Below are positions 27,043-39,472 of a DNA stretch of 64,000 nt, in pieces. This stretch comes from Camelus dromedarius (taxonomy: Eukaryota). The stretch covers positions 24,056,001 to 24,120,000 of the forward strand of contig NC_087453.1 in the NCBI RefSeq assembly GCF_036321535.1. Reading direction: 5' to 3'. How positions within the stretch are numbered: the stretch's first letter is position 1; every line of letters starts with the position of its first letter. The notes beneath the pieces were generated by a model that saw only the letters and a list, made by a program, of their open reading frames with translations, was not told the DNA's origin and made no database searches. Position numbers and translations under genes: made by a program.

Positions 27043-27155
27043 CTAGAGGGGCAGGATGGGAGCCCCGCCCCCTGGTCCCCTCCTCTGGGAGACACTTGCC
27101 GGTGACAACTGACACCGGCACTGTGACAGCCGACTGTCGTACTGGGGCAGAGTTA

Positions 27156-27503
<348 letters not shown>

Positions 27504-27569
27504 TCAGGAGGAGCGGAAGACACAAAGGCCCCCAGGGTGGCCCTCCACCACTGCCCCCAGGATACTCAC

Positions 27570-27749
27570 AGTGGCATTGGGCAGGGTGTAGTAAGTAGGC
27601 AGTGGCAGGTGATGGTTGGGGACAGTGTCAGGCACCAGCCCATCATCCTCTGCTTCCCACAGTGGTGTGTTGAGGTCAGCAAAATTATGGTTAAGATCAA
27701 TTCCCTGATGGTTCCAGCGGCCCTCTGCCCAGCCCACCATCTCCGAGCC
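27570..27749 (-). CDS. CPXM1: CPXM1 exon 10
   Basis: 180 bp; [27 protein letters not shown]...TLPNAT. Confidence 0.96.
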
Positions 27750-27828
27750 CTGCCAGGGATGGGGTTTGTTCAAGCCAAGCAGGCTCCAGGCACCAGGGCA
27801 GAAGGAGCAGACTGGCCACATGGCCTAC

Positions 27829-28391
<563 letters not shown>

Positions 28392-28546
28392 TCAGAACAA
28401 GGGAGGCACCACAACAAGGGAAATTGGAGTAGTTTAGGATGAGATGGGGGAGGACATGAGGGCATTCACAGCAAGTTATGCCCTGGTGGGCAGGGGACCT
28501 GAGACGGGCAGATCCTCCGAGCTGGGTCATAGGGGTTATGCCTGAC

Positions 28547-28635
28547 CTTCCTCATGGCCTTATAATCGTGATGCCGGAAGTCCAGTGGGTCGGAGGATCC
28601 CAGCATGGGGACCTCAGGGAACAGGCTGTTAGGAT
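28547..28635 (-). CDS. CPXM1: CPXM1 exon 7
   Basis: 89 bp; DPNSLFPEVPMLGSSDPLDFRHHDYKAMRK. Confidence 0.94.
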
Positions 28636-28719
28636 CTGCTAGAGGGTGAATTCACAGTAAAGGTTGAGTTCACAGTGGAGGGAGCACCCTGCCCATCCAG
28701 CCCTTGTCTGACTACCCAC

Positions 28720-28870
28720 CTGAGACTGGACAGGCCAGGATCTCTGCCCGGAGGCAAGATGCACCTCCCTGGAGCCAGGTCTGGGGCAGCAGGCGAATGA
28801 AGCGGGCCACCTGGGGCTCAGGCAGGAGGTTCAGCACTGGGGTCTCTGGGTCCGAGTTGGCAGGAAACAC
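28720..28870 (-). CDS. CPXM1: CPXM1 exon 6 (discoidin/F5-8 type C domain)
   Basis: 151 bp; VFPANSDPETPVLNLLPEPQVARFIRLLPQTWLQGGASCLRAEILACPVS. Confidence 0.95.
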
Positions 28871-29517
28871 CTGGGAGCATCAAGTCCTTTGTCAGGGTAG
28901 CTCGAACCCCAGCAGCAGCCCAGCCCAGGACCCAGGGAAGGAGCTCAGGCCTCCCCATTCACTGGAAAACCCACACTGGTGGGCTCATCTGGAGACTTGC
29001 ACTCTGTGTCAAACACAGACCCCTGCCCACAGCCTTTGCCAATGGGCAGCCCTAGACAGCCAAGCTTTCTGGCTCAGTCACAGCTCCTTGGACCAGTATG
29101 GCCACATGACTCAGGAGCAGCCAATCCTGAAGCTGGCCAGGACCTCACACTGTAGCCTGGGGTCAAAAGAGGTCCATGAGATAGAGAAGCCAGAGCTATG
29201 AGGAAGTGAGAAGTGAGGCAAGGACCAGAAGCCCATTGCCAGAAGGGGTGTTCCAGCAGGAGACTGAGGCATGAAATGGCACCCACTCTATGGAGAAAGT
29301 ATTTGGGGAGGATATGTATATGGTCCAAAGCAGTGTGGCTCCTAAGGCTGCCTGCTGGGTACCACCCATCCTGACAACAATCCCCTTTCTCCTGGGATGC
29401 CCAAGTGGGCACCTATTCCTTGTCCTCAGAGGAGTCCCAGCCCAGCCCAGCCCCCTACAATGGGCCAGGAGCCCAACTCCCAGCCTAAAGGGCCCCAGCC
29501 ACCATGGGACCTCTCAC

Positions 29518-29608
29518 CGCGTCCATCCCAGTGCTGCGGTTCTTACTCCCCCACCAGGTCCGACTGTCATTGCTGAACTGGACCTTGTAAGATGTGACCC
29601 AGTCATAC
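29518..29608 (-). CDS. CPXM1: CPXM1 exon 5 (discoidin)
   Basis: 91 bp; YDWVTSYKVQFSNDSRTWWGSKNRSTGMDA. Confidence 0.95.
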
Positions 29609-29713
29609 CTGGCAGGAAAGGTGGTGAGAGACCATGGTTGGTCCCCAGGACTCCCACCCCAGCCCTCCTGAGTCTGCCCATGACCTTCCTGGCCTGGGGC
29701 TAGGCTGCCTCAC

Positions 29714-29853
29714 CTCCAGATGGAGTTTCTGCCCTGGGTGATAATGCCCGAGAAGCGGGTGGGGTGCCTGGCGTCCACCTGAAGCCACGGCTCAACGTCC
29801 TGCTCCTCGGCACACCACGCTCCATCAAAAAGATCACCATCCTCCAGGCCTGA
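29714..29853 (-). CDS. CPXM1: CPXM1 exon 4 (discoidin)
   Basis: 140 bp; SGLEDGDLFDGAWCAEEQDVEPWLQVDARHPTRFSGIITQGRNSIW. Confidence 0.96.
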
Positions 29854-29944
29854 CTGTGGGCACAGGACATAGTAATCAGAGCCAGGTGGGCAGTGTCGGG
29901 TAGGCCGGAACAGAAGGTGGGGAGGGGCAGGGAAGAAGGTGCTA

Positions 29945-30181
<237 letters not shown>

Positions 30182-30274
30182 CTAGGGGCGTGTCTATGCC
30201 CGGGAGGCCAAGAGCTCCGTTAGTACATGCCCGAGAGACTGCGGGTCTGGGCAAGGCCCCTGGAGGGGTGGTAC

Positions 30275-30490
30275 CTGGTTCTTGCTTCTCAGGGATGTCA
30301 AGGGCCCCTACAGGGCTGGTGGTTGTTGAAGGCCTGGCAGTCGTTGAAGGCCTGGCAGTCGTTGAAGGCCTGGCAGTCGTTGAAGGCGTGGCAGTCACTG
30401 GGGGTATGGGGCGAATTAGCTTCTTTCGCTTCTTCACAATGACCTTTTTCTTCCTGATGACTCGAATCCGGATATGCTGTTCTGAGGTCC
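30275..30490 (-). CDS. CPXM1: CPXM1 exon 2 (basic stretch plus expanded S/T repeat)
   Basis: 216 bp, phase 1-1; TSEQHIRIRVIRKKKVIVKKRKKLIRPIPPVTATPSTTARPSTTARPSTTARPSTTTSPVGALDIPEKQEP. Confidence 0.94.
30325..30396. repeat. 18-bp tandem repeat x4 inside CPXM1 exon 2
   Basis: GTTGAAGGCCTGGCAGTC x3 perfect plus one copy with a single mismatch. Confidence 0.97.
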
Positions 30491-31559
30491 CTGGGGACCA
30501 GGGAGACACAGCACCAGGGAAGGGAAGAATGGCACGAAACCCCAGATGGAGAGGTCTGCCCAAGAAAGCCCGCAAGCCCACAACAGACCCCACCACAAGT
30601 ATCTAAGGACCTTAGCATGAACTGAAAGGCCCGCACAGTCTGACCCCAACCCGCCTCTCTAGTCACTTCCCTGGCTCCTTCTCCCCTCTGACATGACAAC
30701 AGGGTTGGCCCTCGCCAATAAAGAGCGACACTGCCCCAGGAGCTATTTGCTTGCTCCATAGGGCTGAATTTGTTCTTTACCTCCTACTTTGCCCTGGCTG
30801 ACCCCTCCCCTGTCATCCCATCCACCACTTCATTTTATTCCCATTCCATTCACCTGATTCCCATTCTTCCTTCACATCTCAGCCCCCATGCCCTTCAAGG
30901 AGACTTCTTAGCCCCAGACTTGGTGTCATGCTCAAAGCCTCTGTGTCACCTCCATCATTGTGTCTGTCACTAAGCTGAAATGTCCTGTCTTTCTTGGCTG
31001 CCCTCCTCTTCGGCTTTCCCTAATTCAGAGAAACCCTTCCAGACCAGTTCCACCTGCCTCTCCTGAGAAGCTCTCCGTGGCTGCCATCCTCTTGCTTTCC
31101 CCTCCCTGCTCCCACATTTGAAAAGTTGGGAAGCCAGGCCACCTGCCTCTCGGCCTCCCCAGACAGTGCCCCGACCCTCCAGGCAGCCTCGCAAACCCAG
31201 CTGCTCCTCCTGTCCTCCGGCCCTTTACTTCCTTCCTGCCCCCCAGCCTCAAGCTCTTCCTAAAATAGTGTGTCTCGCTCTGCGCCTTTTAGTCTCCCTG
31301 CCTCTGTCTGCATCTCTTTCTCCCCTCCTCCTGGTTCTGGCCTCAGTTTCCTCATCTGTGAAAAGGGAAGGTTTGGGGCTGGAAGAGGCAGCATTCTGCT
31401 GGCTCCTGTCCCAGGCCGACTGACTTGGTTTGGCCGGGAAGTGAGGCTGCTGAGTCAGCAGCCATTGCACGGGGAAGGGAGTGTGTGTGAGTGTGTGTGC
31501 GCGGGGAAGGGTCGCCACACAGGCGCCAGGCAGGGAGTGGGGTGTGTGCGGCGTGGAGG

Positions 31560-31592
<33 letters not shown>

Positions 31593-31597
31593 CGTGC
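31560..31597. repeat. (TG)12(CG)5 alternating purine-pyrimidine tract
   Basis: direct reading. Confidence 0.95.
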
Positions 31598-31679
31598 CAG
31601 GGAAAGGTCGGCACACGGCGGGTGGGGGAGTGGGGCAACCGACTTGCGGGAGAAGCGGGCGGTGGGTCCGGGAACTCAC

Positions 31680-31851
31680 CGTTCTCTTTCCCCGCGGGCG
31701 GCTGTGCCGGGCTGCTACGCGGGGCCGGGGTCGAGACCGGGGCCTCGGTGGTCGCGGCCGGCGCCAGGCCCAGCACGGAGGCGCTGGGTGCCCCCAGACC
31801 TAAACCGACGGCAGGCGCGAAGGCGGCCAAGGCGAGCAGGAGACCCCACAT
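31680..31851 (-). CDS. CPXM1: CPXM1 (carboxypeptidase X, M14 family member 1) exon 1; full CDS 2253 bp/750 aa
   Basis: gccATG; signal peptide MWGLLLALAAFAPAVGLG; donor gtgagt; 14 exons sum to an intact frame. Confidence 0.96.
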
Positions 31852-32018
31852 GGCGGGGTTCAAGGTGGGGACGCGCGAAACCCTCAGCAGCTGGTGGGTT
31901 TACCTCTTCCTGCCGGGGCTCCGGAGCCCCCCGCCCCTTCCTGCCGCCGCCGCACGCCCCCTGCGGCCTCCGGCCCGCCCACAGCCTGCTCGCTGGCCTC
32001 GGACCCGGGAGGGGTGCC

Positions 32019-32158
32019 GAGGAGAGGGGAGGAGAGAGGGGGAGGGGAGGAGGGAGGGGAGGAGTGGGGAAGGGAGGGGAGGGGAGGGGAAAGGAGGGGG
32101 GAGAGGGGAAGAGAAGGGAAGGGAGGAAGGGAGACGGGAGAGGATGGAGGAGGGGAAC
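32019..32158 (+). repeat. polypurine (G/A) low-complexity tract
   Basis: about 140 nt with only 3 pyrimidines, many GGG/GGGG runs. Confidence 0.95.
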
Positions 32159-33789
32159 GAAGGGGTCGGCTGCCCAAGGTCTCTGCACCCACCGACCCCA
32201 CCCCTCCCTCTTAGGCCCCCGAGGTCACCTGCTTCGCTCGAGTGCTGCCCCTTACAATAGGCAAAGCCCCTCGGAGCCCTGGATTCCCCGCAATCCTGTG
32301 AGGCTCCCGTCCCACATTGGGCACCCGCTGTGTACCATGCACGATGCCAGCTGCTTTACACGTGGCCTCTCAAACCTCATTTTACAAACTGGGAAACAGG
32401 CTCCAAGCGGCTGACCTAGCCGCGGCAGCGAAGCCTAGAACTTTGGGGAGGAAACTACAACTCGAGAGAGAAATCTATCCAGAGCCAGAGCCCCCTGCCG
32501 GGACGGGTGTGATGGACAGAAGAGTGAGGGGAAACTGAGGTGGCGGCTGGGGTACGGGTTGGGGAGGGCTGTCCTCCAGGAATCCTTCGGGAGGACACCC
32601 AAGGGGCCCAAGCAGAGGCGGCGCTTCCCCCCACTCCCCCGCCTCTCCTCTCTTTTCCTTTCCCTCCCCTCCCCTCCCCTCCGCCTTTGCTCACCCGGTT
32701 GCCACGTTCCGGGGTTATATAACCCAAGATGAAGAGCCCGAGCCTATACCCAGCGGGCTGGGGCCGGGGGTGGAGGGGCGAGGCTTGGTGTGCGTCCTGC
32801 CCTCCAGAACCTCACTCTCCTCCGGGAGCCAGCAGCTGTGGGTCTCTGTCTTCGGGACCAGCCCCCGATCCCCAGATTCCTGAGCGCAGGACCCTCCCCA
32901 TCCCCCTCCGAGGTCCCCTTTGGCTTCCACACGCTAGGGTCGCCTCCTCAAAAGGAAGGAATTCGTTCATTGTGCGCCTCTGGCTGGTGCTTTGCCCTTG
33001 CGAGGAGCCCGCCAGAGAGACACTGCCATCCCCATGTAAGAAGCGATGAGCAGAGATGGCCAAGAATCCTCTGGAGTGCGCAAGGCCTCTGAACAAATGT
33101 TTTTTGCAAGGCCAGTATCCATATGAACAATTTGAATTACCCCAAATCAGCGTGTCAGCACCGTTCTGGCGGCCTAATCTCGCTAGATCTCTCGAAAGAA
33201 ATATGCGCTCTGGGAGTTAAGACCCGCCTCCAGTAAGAACGAGCCTCACAGACGCGAGTCCGGGAGCTCCGCCAGGCATCTGGTCCACCTCATGCTCTCG
33301 GGGAGGAGAATCCCCGAAAGCGAGTAACCGGAACAGGACGCCCGCAGGTCCTGCTCCCGCCTTGGAGCGCCCCTCCTGGACGGGACTGCCAGGTCCCAGG
33401 CACCAGAGGGGGATCTAGAAAAACTCAAGGAGGGCGCCCTGACGCTGAAGGGCTGGGTCAGCGGCAGAAAGCCAGCCCGGCGGCCCCAGGCTTCACGGAA
33501 GTGGGAGGCCAGGAGAGGCTCCGGCGGAGCTAGAAGCGGGTCTATACAGGTCCTGAGGGCTGCTCTACTTCCTGTCAAAACCCAGCCTATCCACTTCCCT
33601 GGCTCTGGTCCCATCCTCATCCAAGTTTCACAGAGGGGTGCGAGTGGGTCGAGGATGAACCCGACTAGGACATGTCAGCCTCCTGAGGCTTCCACGCCCT
33701 CCGAGCCTTTCCCCTACTCACCACAGCAACCAAATCGTGTCAAGTTCCTCCTGACTTACATCCGAGGGGGCTCACCTGCAAGGTGGTTC

Positions 33790-34260
33790 CTGACAAGGTT
33801 CTTCTCCACCCACAACCTTGCCCTCCTCATCTCCCTGTCTTCTCCCGCTGGCTCATATCCCTCCAGCCACACAGGCATTCTAGCTATTCCTCCCATGCAC
33901 CAGACCCATCCAGCCTCAGGGCCTTTGCACTGGTTCACCAAGTTTGCATCCTCATCACTATGATCACCTTTCAGGGTCACCTGCTTCCCTGACCGACCAT
34001 TCTGACAAAAGTAAGCTCTATCCTCCATACATACTCTATCCTCTCATTCTGTTTTATTATTGTCTTCAAGACACTCAACACTATCTGAGATTATCTTGTT
34101 TTATTTGTTGTATGTTTACTGTCTGGTCCCCACCCCCATCTAGCAGGAGATAAGCAACCCCAGAAGAGCCTTTTGCACCCAAAATGTTCACAACTGTACC
34201 TCAGAACTTAGAACAGTGCCTGGTCTCCAGTCAGTGCTCAAAAGGTATGTATATAATATA
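33790..34260 (+). mobile_element. L2 LINE 3' end
   Basis: CAGGGCCTTTGCACTGG, AGAACAGTGCCTGG...AGTGCTCAAAA. Confidence 0.75.
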
Positions 34261-34974
34261 TTCAAGTTTAGAGGGGACCAAGCAGGGCAGGAGGGAAGCT
34301 GACCTCAGCAACAGTGCCAGGTTTTGCAGGAGTAGAGATGGCAGGCCATTAATTGGGACACCTGCCCCCAAAGGGACTGGTGGGAGGGGGCACGCTGGCC
34401 ATCTCCCGCTGATCCCGTAGGGGTTCGGGTCTGCAGAATGCTCATACCTCTTGTGTCCCCTGCACCCCCTCATCCGTCTCCTCACCCCTCTGTACTCCTT
34501 GCCTCTCTGCCCTATTGCCACCTTCAGGGTCCCTTTGTGCCCTCTGTGGCCTTAAGCCCCTCAGCACCATCATAACTTCCTTATCCATTCTGTGCTCCCT
34601 GCCCAGCTGCTGCCTTTAGCCCTTGCTACTTGGTTACCTGGAGCTGTAAAGGTGCCAAGCCTGGAAGTAGGGTCTGAAGGTGGCGGCTCCCAGGGTGCAA
34701 GTTGCACAGCCAGATCTCTAGCCCCAGGACCCAGGTGGAGCATTTCTCGTGACCTCACAAGAGCAAGGATATGGTGCAAAGCACAGCAGAGCAGGGCTCA
34801 GCAGACTGGATGGAGACACTTGCCCCAAAGGGATTTGGCTTAAGAGATGGTCTGGGACTCTACTGGCAGCTTCCCAGCATGGTCAGGTGGCTGGAGGTGG
34901 AGACGATAGATGACTCTGGTGCCACACAGGCTTAATGTCATATCTCACTTCTGCTGTTCATTTTGTTTGGGTAC

Positions 34975-35080
34975 CCTTGGAAGTAATTTCATCTCTCTGA
35001 GCCTCAGTTTTCTCATCTGTAAAATGGGAATGATAATATTATCCTCTTAGGGTTGCTGTGATGCAGTGAGACAATATGTG
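34975..35080 (+). mobile_element. MIR fragment
   Basis: CTCTCTGAGCCTCAGTTTTCTCATCTGTAAAATGGGAATGATAATA. Confidence 0.85.
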
Positions 35081-35409
35081 GTTCCTGGGGACCTCTAAGT
35101 TAACCAGATGAATAACACAATCCTCTTGCTTAACACAGTACTCTTGCTCCCACATGCATGGATGGAATAAAACAATGTCAGGAGAAGAAAGGAGGCTATG
35201 TGTCTGGCTGCACAAATTGAAAAGAAGCCAAATCTATTGCCTTGCCTGTGCCTCCTAGTCTCCCCAGTAGGTGCTCCCCCTATGATGTAGGTGAGCATTG
35301 ATGGAGACTCCCATGGTACCTAAATGCACGGGGAGGCATCTCCCCTCACGGCCATCTCCACTCACCACTACCTCCTCCAGCTAGCTCTCTTGTACATCTA
35401 TGTCTTCTA

Positions 35410-35585
35410 GAGCCTTGCTCCTCAAAGTGTAGCTAATGACCAACAGCATCAGCATCCCCTGGAGCTTATTAGAAATGCAGAATTCCAGCCCCAGACCTAC
35501 TGAACCAGAATCTGCATTTTAACAAGATCCCCAGAGGCTTCAACCCCAGGAGATTCATGTGCACATTAAAAGTTGAGAAGCACTA
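35410..35585. mobile_element. MER5-family MITE
   Basis: CTCAAAGTGT...CAGCATCAGCATCCCCTGGAGCTTATTAGAAATGCAGAATT. Confidence 0.8.
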
Positions 35586-35769
35586 GATGGAGGTTGAGAG
35601 CAACTCCATCTAAAATGCATGAGATTCACAGCTAACTTTGATGATTTTTGATGCTGTTGCTGCAAATTTTATCTCAAGCCACAAGAGTACATCCACATAA
35701 CATTAGGAAATTGGTATTTCATTCACCCTAGGCAGGTATAATCCTGACCTGCACCATAGGACCATATAT

Positions 35770-36660
35770 TGATTTGCTTTTTAAAAAACTAAATCGTTTT
35801 TTAATCAAAATACCACAGAATATAATTTTAAAGCGAAATCACATTTAGGCTTGTAAAAGAAGACTGTTTTCTTTGATTCTCTATTCCCAAGTCACCCACT
35901 TTTAGTTTCGTTTGTTATTTTTTCCATGTATTTACCTCCATGCTTCTATTGCTGTTTCTTGAATTTTTATGTTTAGGTGTTATCTGTAGACTTCCTGCTA
36001 TGGAATTAAGGATTTAGCTTTCCTACCACCCTTCCCCCCAACACACACCAAAATACATCAAGATACACATTGTCTCCTGCCATCCTCCCAAAGAGGAATT
36101 AATATTCAGTGTTTATATTATGTTTATATTAGGACTATGTAAATATTATTGTTTAACTTTTTGTGTTCCCTGGCATTAGCAAACACTTTGATTTATGATT
36201 TGTTTGGTTGTCTAGGCACCAATTGCTAATTCAATCCCAAAGCTTCCAGGGGAACTGAACATTTATTTTGCATATGTCTAAAAACAGCAGATCATTGTTA
36301 CCATTTTCTCCTGGAGACATCCTTCCTAGAGCATCTATCTTTTGATTCCAGGCTGGATTGCTTGCTTTCTCCGCCTGGAAACATAGCTGACATCTCAGGC
36401 CTTTCTCATCATCCCTCTTCAGTGTTTCACCTCATTTCTTAAATCCCATATTATCTTCCTTCTAAGTTTAATTCCTATTTTTCTGAAGGACATCCTCCAG
36501 CAGCTTCCTAAGGAAATGTATGCAAGGTCAAATTTTTGAGACATTGTATGGCTTAAAATGTCTTTATTCTACCCTTACACTTGATAACCATTTACACAGA
36601 TAACATATTGCTAGGTTGGAAATAATTTTTCCTCCTAATTTTGTAGCCATCGCTTTATCG
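35770..36660 (-). mobile_element. old L1M fragment
   Basis: AT-rich; TTTATTCTACCCTTACACTTGAT, ATTGCTAGGTTGGAAATAATTTT L1-like motifs. Confidence 0.55.
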
Positions 36661-36782
36661 CTCTGGGAAGAATCAGAAAAAGGCAATTGATGAATGCCTC
36701 AAAAGCTATTGAGCCCATTACCACCAAAGATGCCAAGGCCACCAAGCTTGAGTCTTTGGATAGGGCCCACTGGAGATAGATA

Positions 36783-37077
36783 TGTTGCCGAGTCCAAACT
36801 CATTCTGCTCACTGCCCAACAAGCCAGTAAATCGGGAGATGCGGTGTTGGGGCAAGGAATAACAGCAGACTGAGAGGATAGCAGACTAATGTCTTGGAGA
36901 ACCATCCTGCTCTAGTCAGAATACAGGCTCCTTTTATACAAAAAATAAGGGAGGGGATGTGGTTGATTGTTGTAATCTTCTTGCTGCAGGCATTCTTTGT
37001 TCTTGCAGCCATCCCCACGCGCTAGGTCATGGTGTCCCTTTAAACCTCCAACAAAACAAAGGTTATTCTCTACTACA
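36783..37077 (-). mobile_element. ERV1-type solo LTR A (antisense)
   Basis: TG...CA, flanks GATA/GAGA; minus-strand TATAAAA at 36938-36932. Confidence 0.65.
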
Positions 37078-37126
37078 GAGATGCAGCTGGATTCTTGCTC
37101 TGTCTCCTCTCTTAGGGGCTGTATAT

Positions 37127-37601
37127 TGTGAACCAAAAATACTGCAAACCATATCAGTAAACAAAGAACGCTGAAGCCATCAAATCATCAGCCACTGCCA
37201 CCACCACCCCATAAAGACAAGCCTGCAGCCCAGCCTCTGCAGCCACTCACAATGGCGCACTCTGAGGGGACTCAATAAGAAAGGACAAGACTGGCCCTAA
37301 ATAGCTAGGTGCTTGTCAAAGGAATGAGTTCAATGAGCCCAAGTGTTTCCTTCCTCCCATACATATAGAAAAGCACTAAATTCTTTAACTTGAGATGCCT
37401 GGTTTTCTTCAGATAACAAGGAATCTTTTATTGCTCCAACAACCTGGTCTTTGTTGTAAAGCTTCTATATATCCTAGCTCCTCCCCTACCTCTTCAGAGC
37501 AGGCGTCAGAGCGGATCTGAGAGGCTGTCATCCCAGCTCGAGTCCTCCCGCCAAATAAAACATAACTCAACTTCTAGGCTGCGCATGTATTTCAGTCGAC
37601 A
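37127..37601 (+). mobile_element. ERV1-type solo LTR B
   Basis: TG...TTTCAGTCGACA, perfect 4-bp TSD ATAT (37123-26, 37602-05), TATATA near 37466, AATAAA 37554. Confidence 0.85.
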
Positions 37602-37855
37602 ATATCCACCGTCCCCACCCTCTTCCCCATCAGTTTTCCCTCATAGTACGACATGTGAACAACGATTAAATTCTCTCAGTTATAACCCATTTCCACTCCT
37701 GCCTCTCAAGTCACTAAACTAAGATATGTTGGAAACTCTGCAACCATTTACAGATTCTCCGTGGTGAGAGGATCTTTCCCAGGTGACTGATACCCTCATA
37801 AATATTCATTTTCCTTAATTCCATACTCCAAGGGTATCCTTAACCTCCAGTTGGG

Positions 37856-38466
37856 GGTTACAATGTTGTAGCCCTCTTACATTCACATTCTGTGTTCCAT
37901 TTCTGGAATCTCAGTATCTGGAACACCTCCCACAAACCATAGTGCTTCAGACGCCTAAACAGTCCTCTCCTGTCCCACCCCCATTGAGCAGGGCATGTGG
38001 GAGTGTGAAGGAAAAGCTGGGCTGGTCTAACAAGATAACTCACAGGTCTAGGAATGTGAAGGAGAGGCTGGGCTGGGCTAACAAGATAACTCACAAATCT
38101 AAGTATTGGAATACTGATCTGAGTTCTATTAGACTAACTTGTAAATCTAGGTTAATTAGTGTGGTTTGCTGTTCATGTTTTTTGCTAGCCAGCTGGGTTT
38201 TCAAAGATACATATCTGGCTTTGGAATGTTGGTTTGCTGCCTCCCCACCTCCACTTTTGTGATGATAATACTGCTAAAGCTGTTCCATGCCTATTGGCCT
38301 AATACCCCAAGCTTGTACTTTACCCTATAAAACCTCATGCGCACGTCTTGGAGGTGCTCAGAGCTTCGGAGCAGAAGCCCCTCTGAGCCCGCCGGTGTAA
38401 TACATCTGAGTACTCCAACCCTCCGAGTGGTGCTTGTTTCTTGACTGGCCTGTCGTTTCCGTAACA
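37856..38466 (+). mobile_element. ERV solo LTR C with internal 51-bp duplication
   Basis: ends GTAACA; ATTGG 38293, TATAAAA 38326, AATACA 38399; tandem units 38004-38054/38055-38103; 5' end approximate. Confidence 0.75.
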
Positions 38467-39111
38467 GGAGCGCCACCCCAGAAAGTCTCAGGTTGCTTCC
38501 CAGCAGAGTCTATCTCTGCATTCCAGGGCTGCAGTTCTGAAAAATCCCACAGGCATCACCCTACTCTCAGGGGAGAGGAGAGGGGAGGGGACAGAAAGAT
38601 TGAGTGACTTGCCCTTGGACACATAGCCTTGGGAAGCAACAAGACAAAGAAAACAGCCCTTCCTCCCTTGGTCAGCTGCCCAAGTAGTGATGGGGTTAGA
38701 ATGCCTTCCTGGCAACTCAGATCCCCAAGGGAGGGCCCTGGGACGATGAATTAGCAGATTAGCAAAAGCAAGAGGATGAGTCTTAATTCTCAAAAGTCAC
38801 CACCCTCCTTTTGGCTAAGCCCCACCTAAGCCAGAGCCATCAAGCTGTAGCCCCCTCCTTACCCCAAGACCCCACCTTGCAATATGTCACAATGCCCCCA
38901 GCTGCCCAGCCCCTCAGAATGGCTGACTGAAGTGGGAGGAGGTGAGGAGGGTATGGTGGGTGGGTATGTGGGGAGATTCCCGAGGAGCCCCAACTCCCCA
39001 CCACCTGAGCTCACCCTTGAGTGTCTGCCAGGGCCCCACCCCCTCCCATGCTCCCACCCCACCCCCACTCCCTCCAAGCACTAGTCCTTCCTGTAACCTC
39101 CATCTGCCTCC

Positions 39112-39377
39112 ATGACCCAGCTCCGTTTTCCCAGGCCCCAAGTCCTTGCCTATCCTATCCCAGCTTCTCCCAGGGGCCTGGGTGCTGGGGAAGGATCAGG
39201 TAGCCCAGTGGGTCTATGCGTGTACCCCTGGGGCCCTAGCTCAGTGCAGCTCGTGGACAGGGTCCTAGGGCTGGGGGCACTGGGGTTAACAATTCAAGCA
39301 GTCTTTTCCACAACTGGCCTGGCCTCGCTGCTGCTGCTGCTCCTGGTCAGCTTCCTGGCCTTCGACCTGCTCCACCG
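39112..39377 (+). CDS. C20orf141: C20orf141 orthologue coding exon 1 (small hydrophobic protein)
   Basis: MTQLRFPRP...PRGLGAGEGSGSP...LGLTIQAVFSTTG...DLLHR resembles recalled human protein; donor gtaagt. Confidence 0.9.
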
Positions 39378-39472
39378 GTAAGTGGGCAGCAGGCTGGCAG
39401 CTGGGCAGCAGCCTGGCAGGTGGGCAGGCGAGCAAGTGGTCAGCCTCCCAAAACCACCTTTTCTCTGCACAG

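Larger units (their letters stand above)
31480..32730. promoter_or_regulatory. CPXM1 CpG island/promoter region
   Basis: CpG-rich over exon 1 and upstream; GC boxes; polypurine tract. Confidence 0.8.

Noticed and set aside
30325-30396. CRISPR-like reading of the 18-bp repeat (and of the 51-bp repeat at 38004-38103)
   Set aside because: Head-to-tail repeats with no spacers, in a mammalian exon and an LTR.
31481-32414. 259-307 aa plus-strand ORFs over CPXM1 exon 1 and promoter
   Set aside because: GC-rich, low-complexity shadow frames with no recognisable domain.
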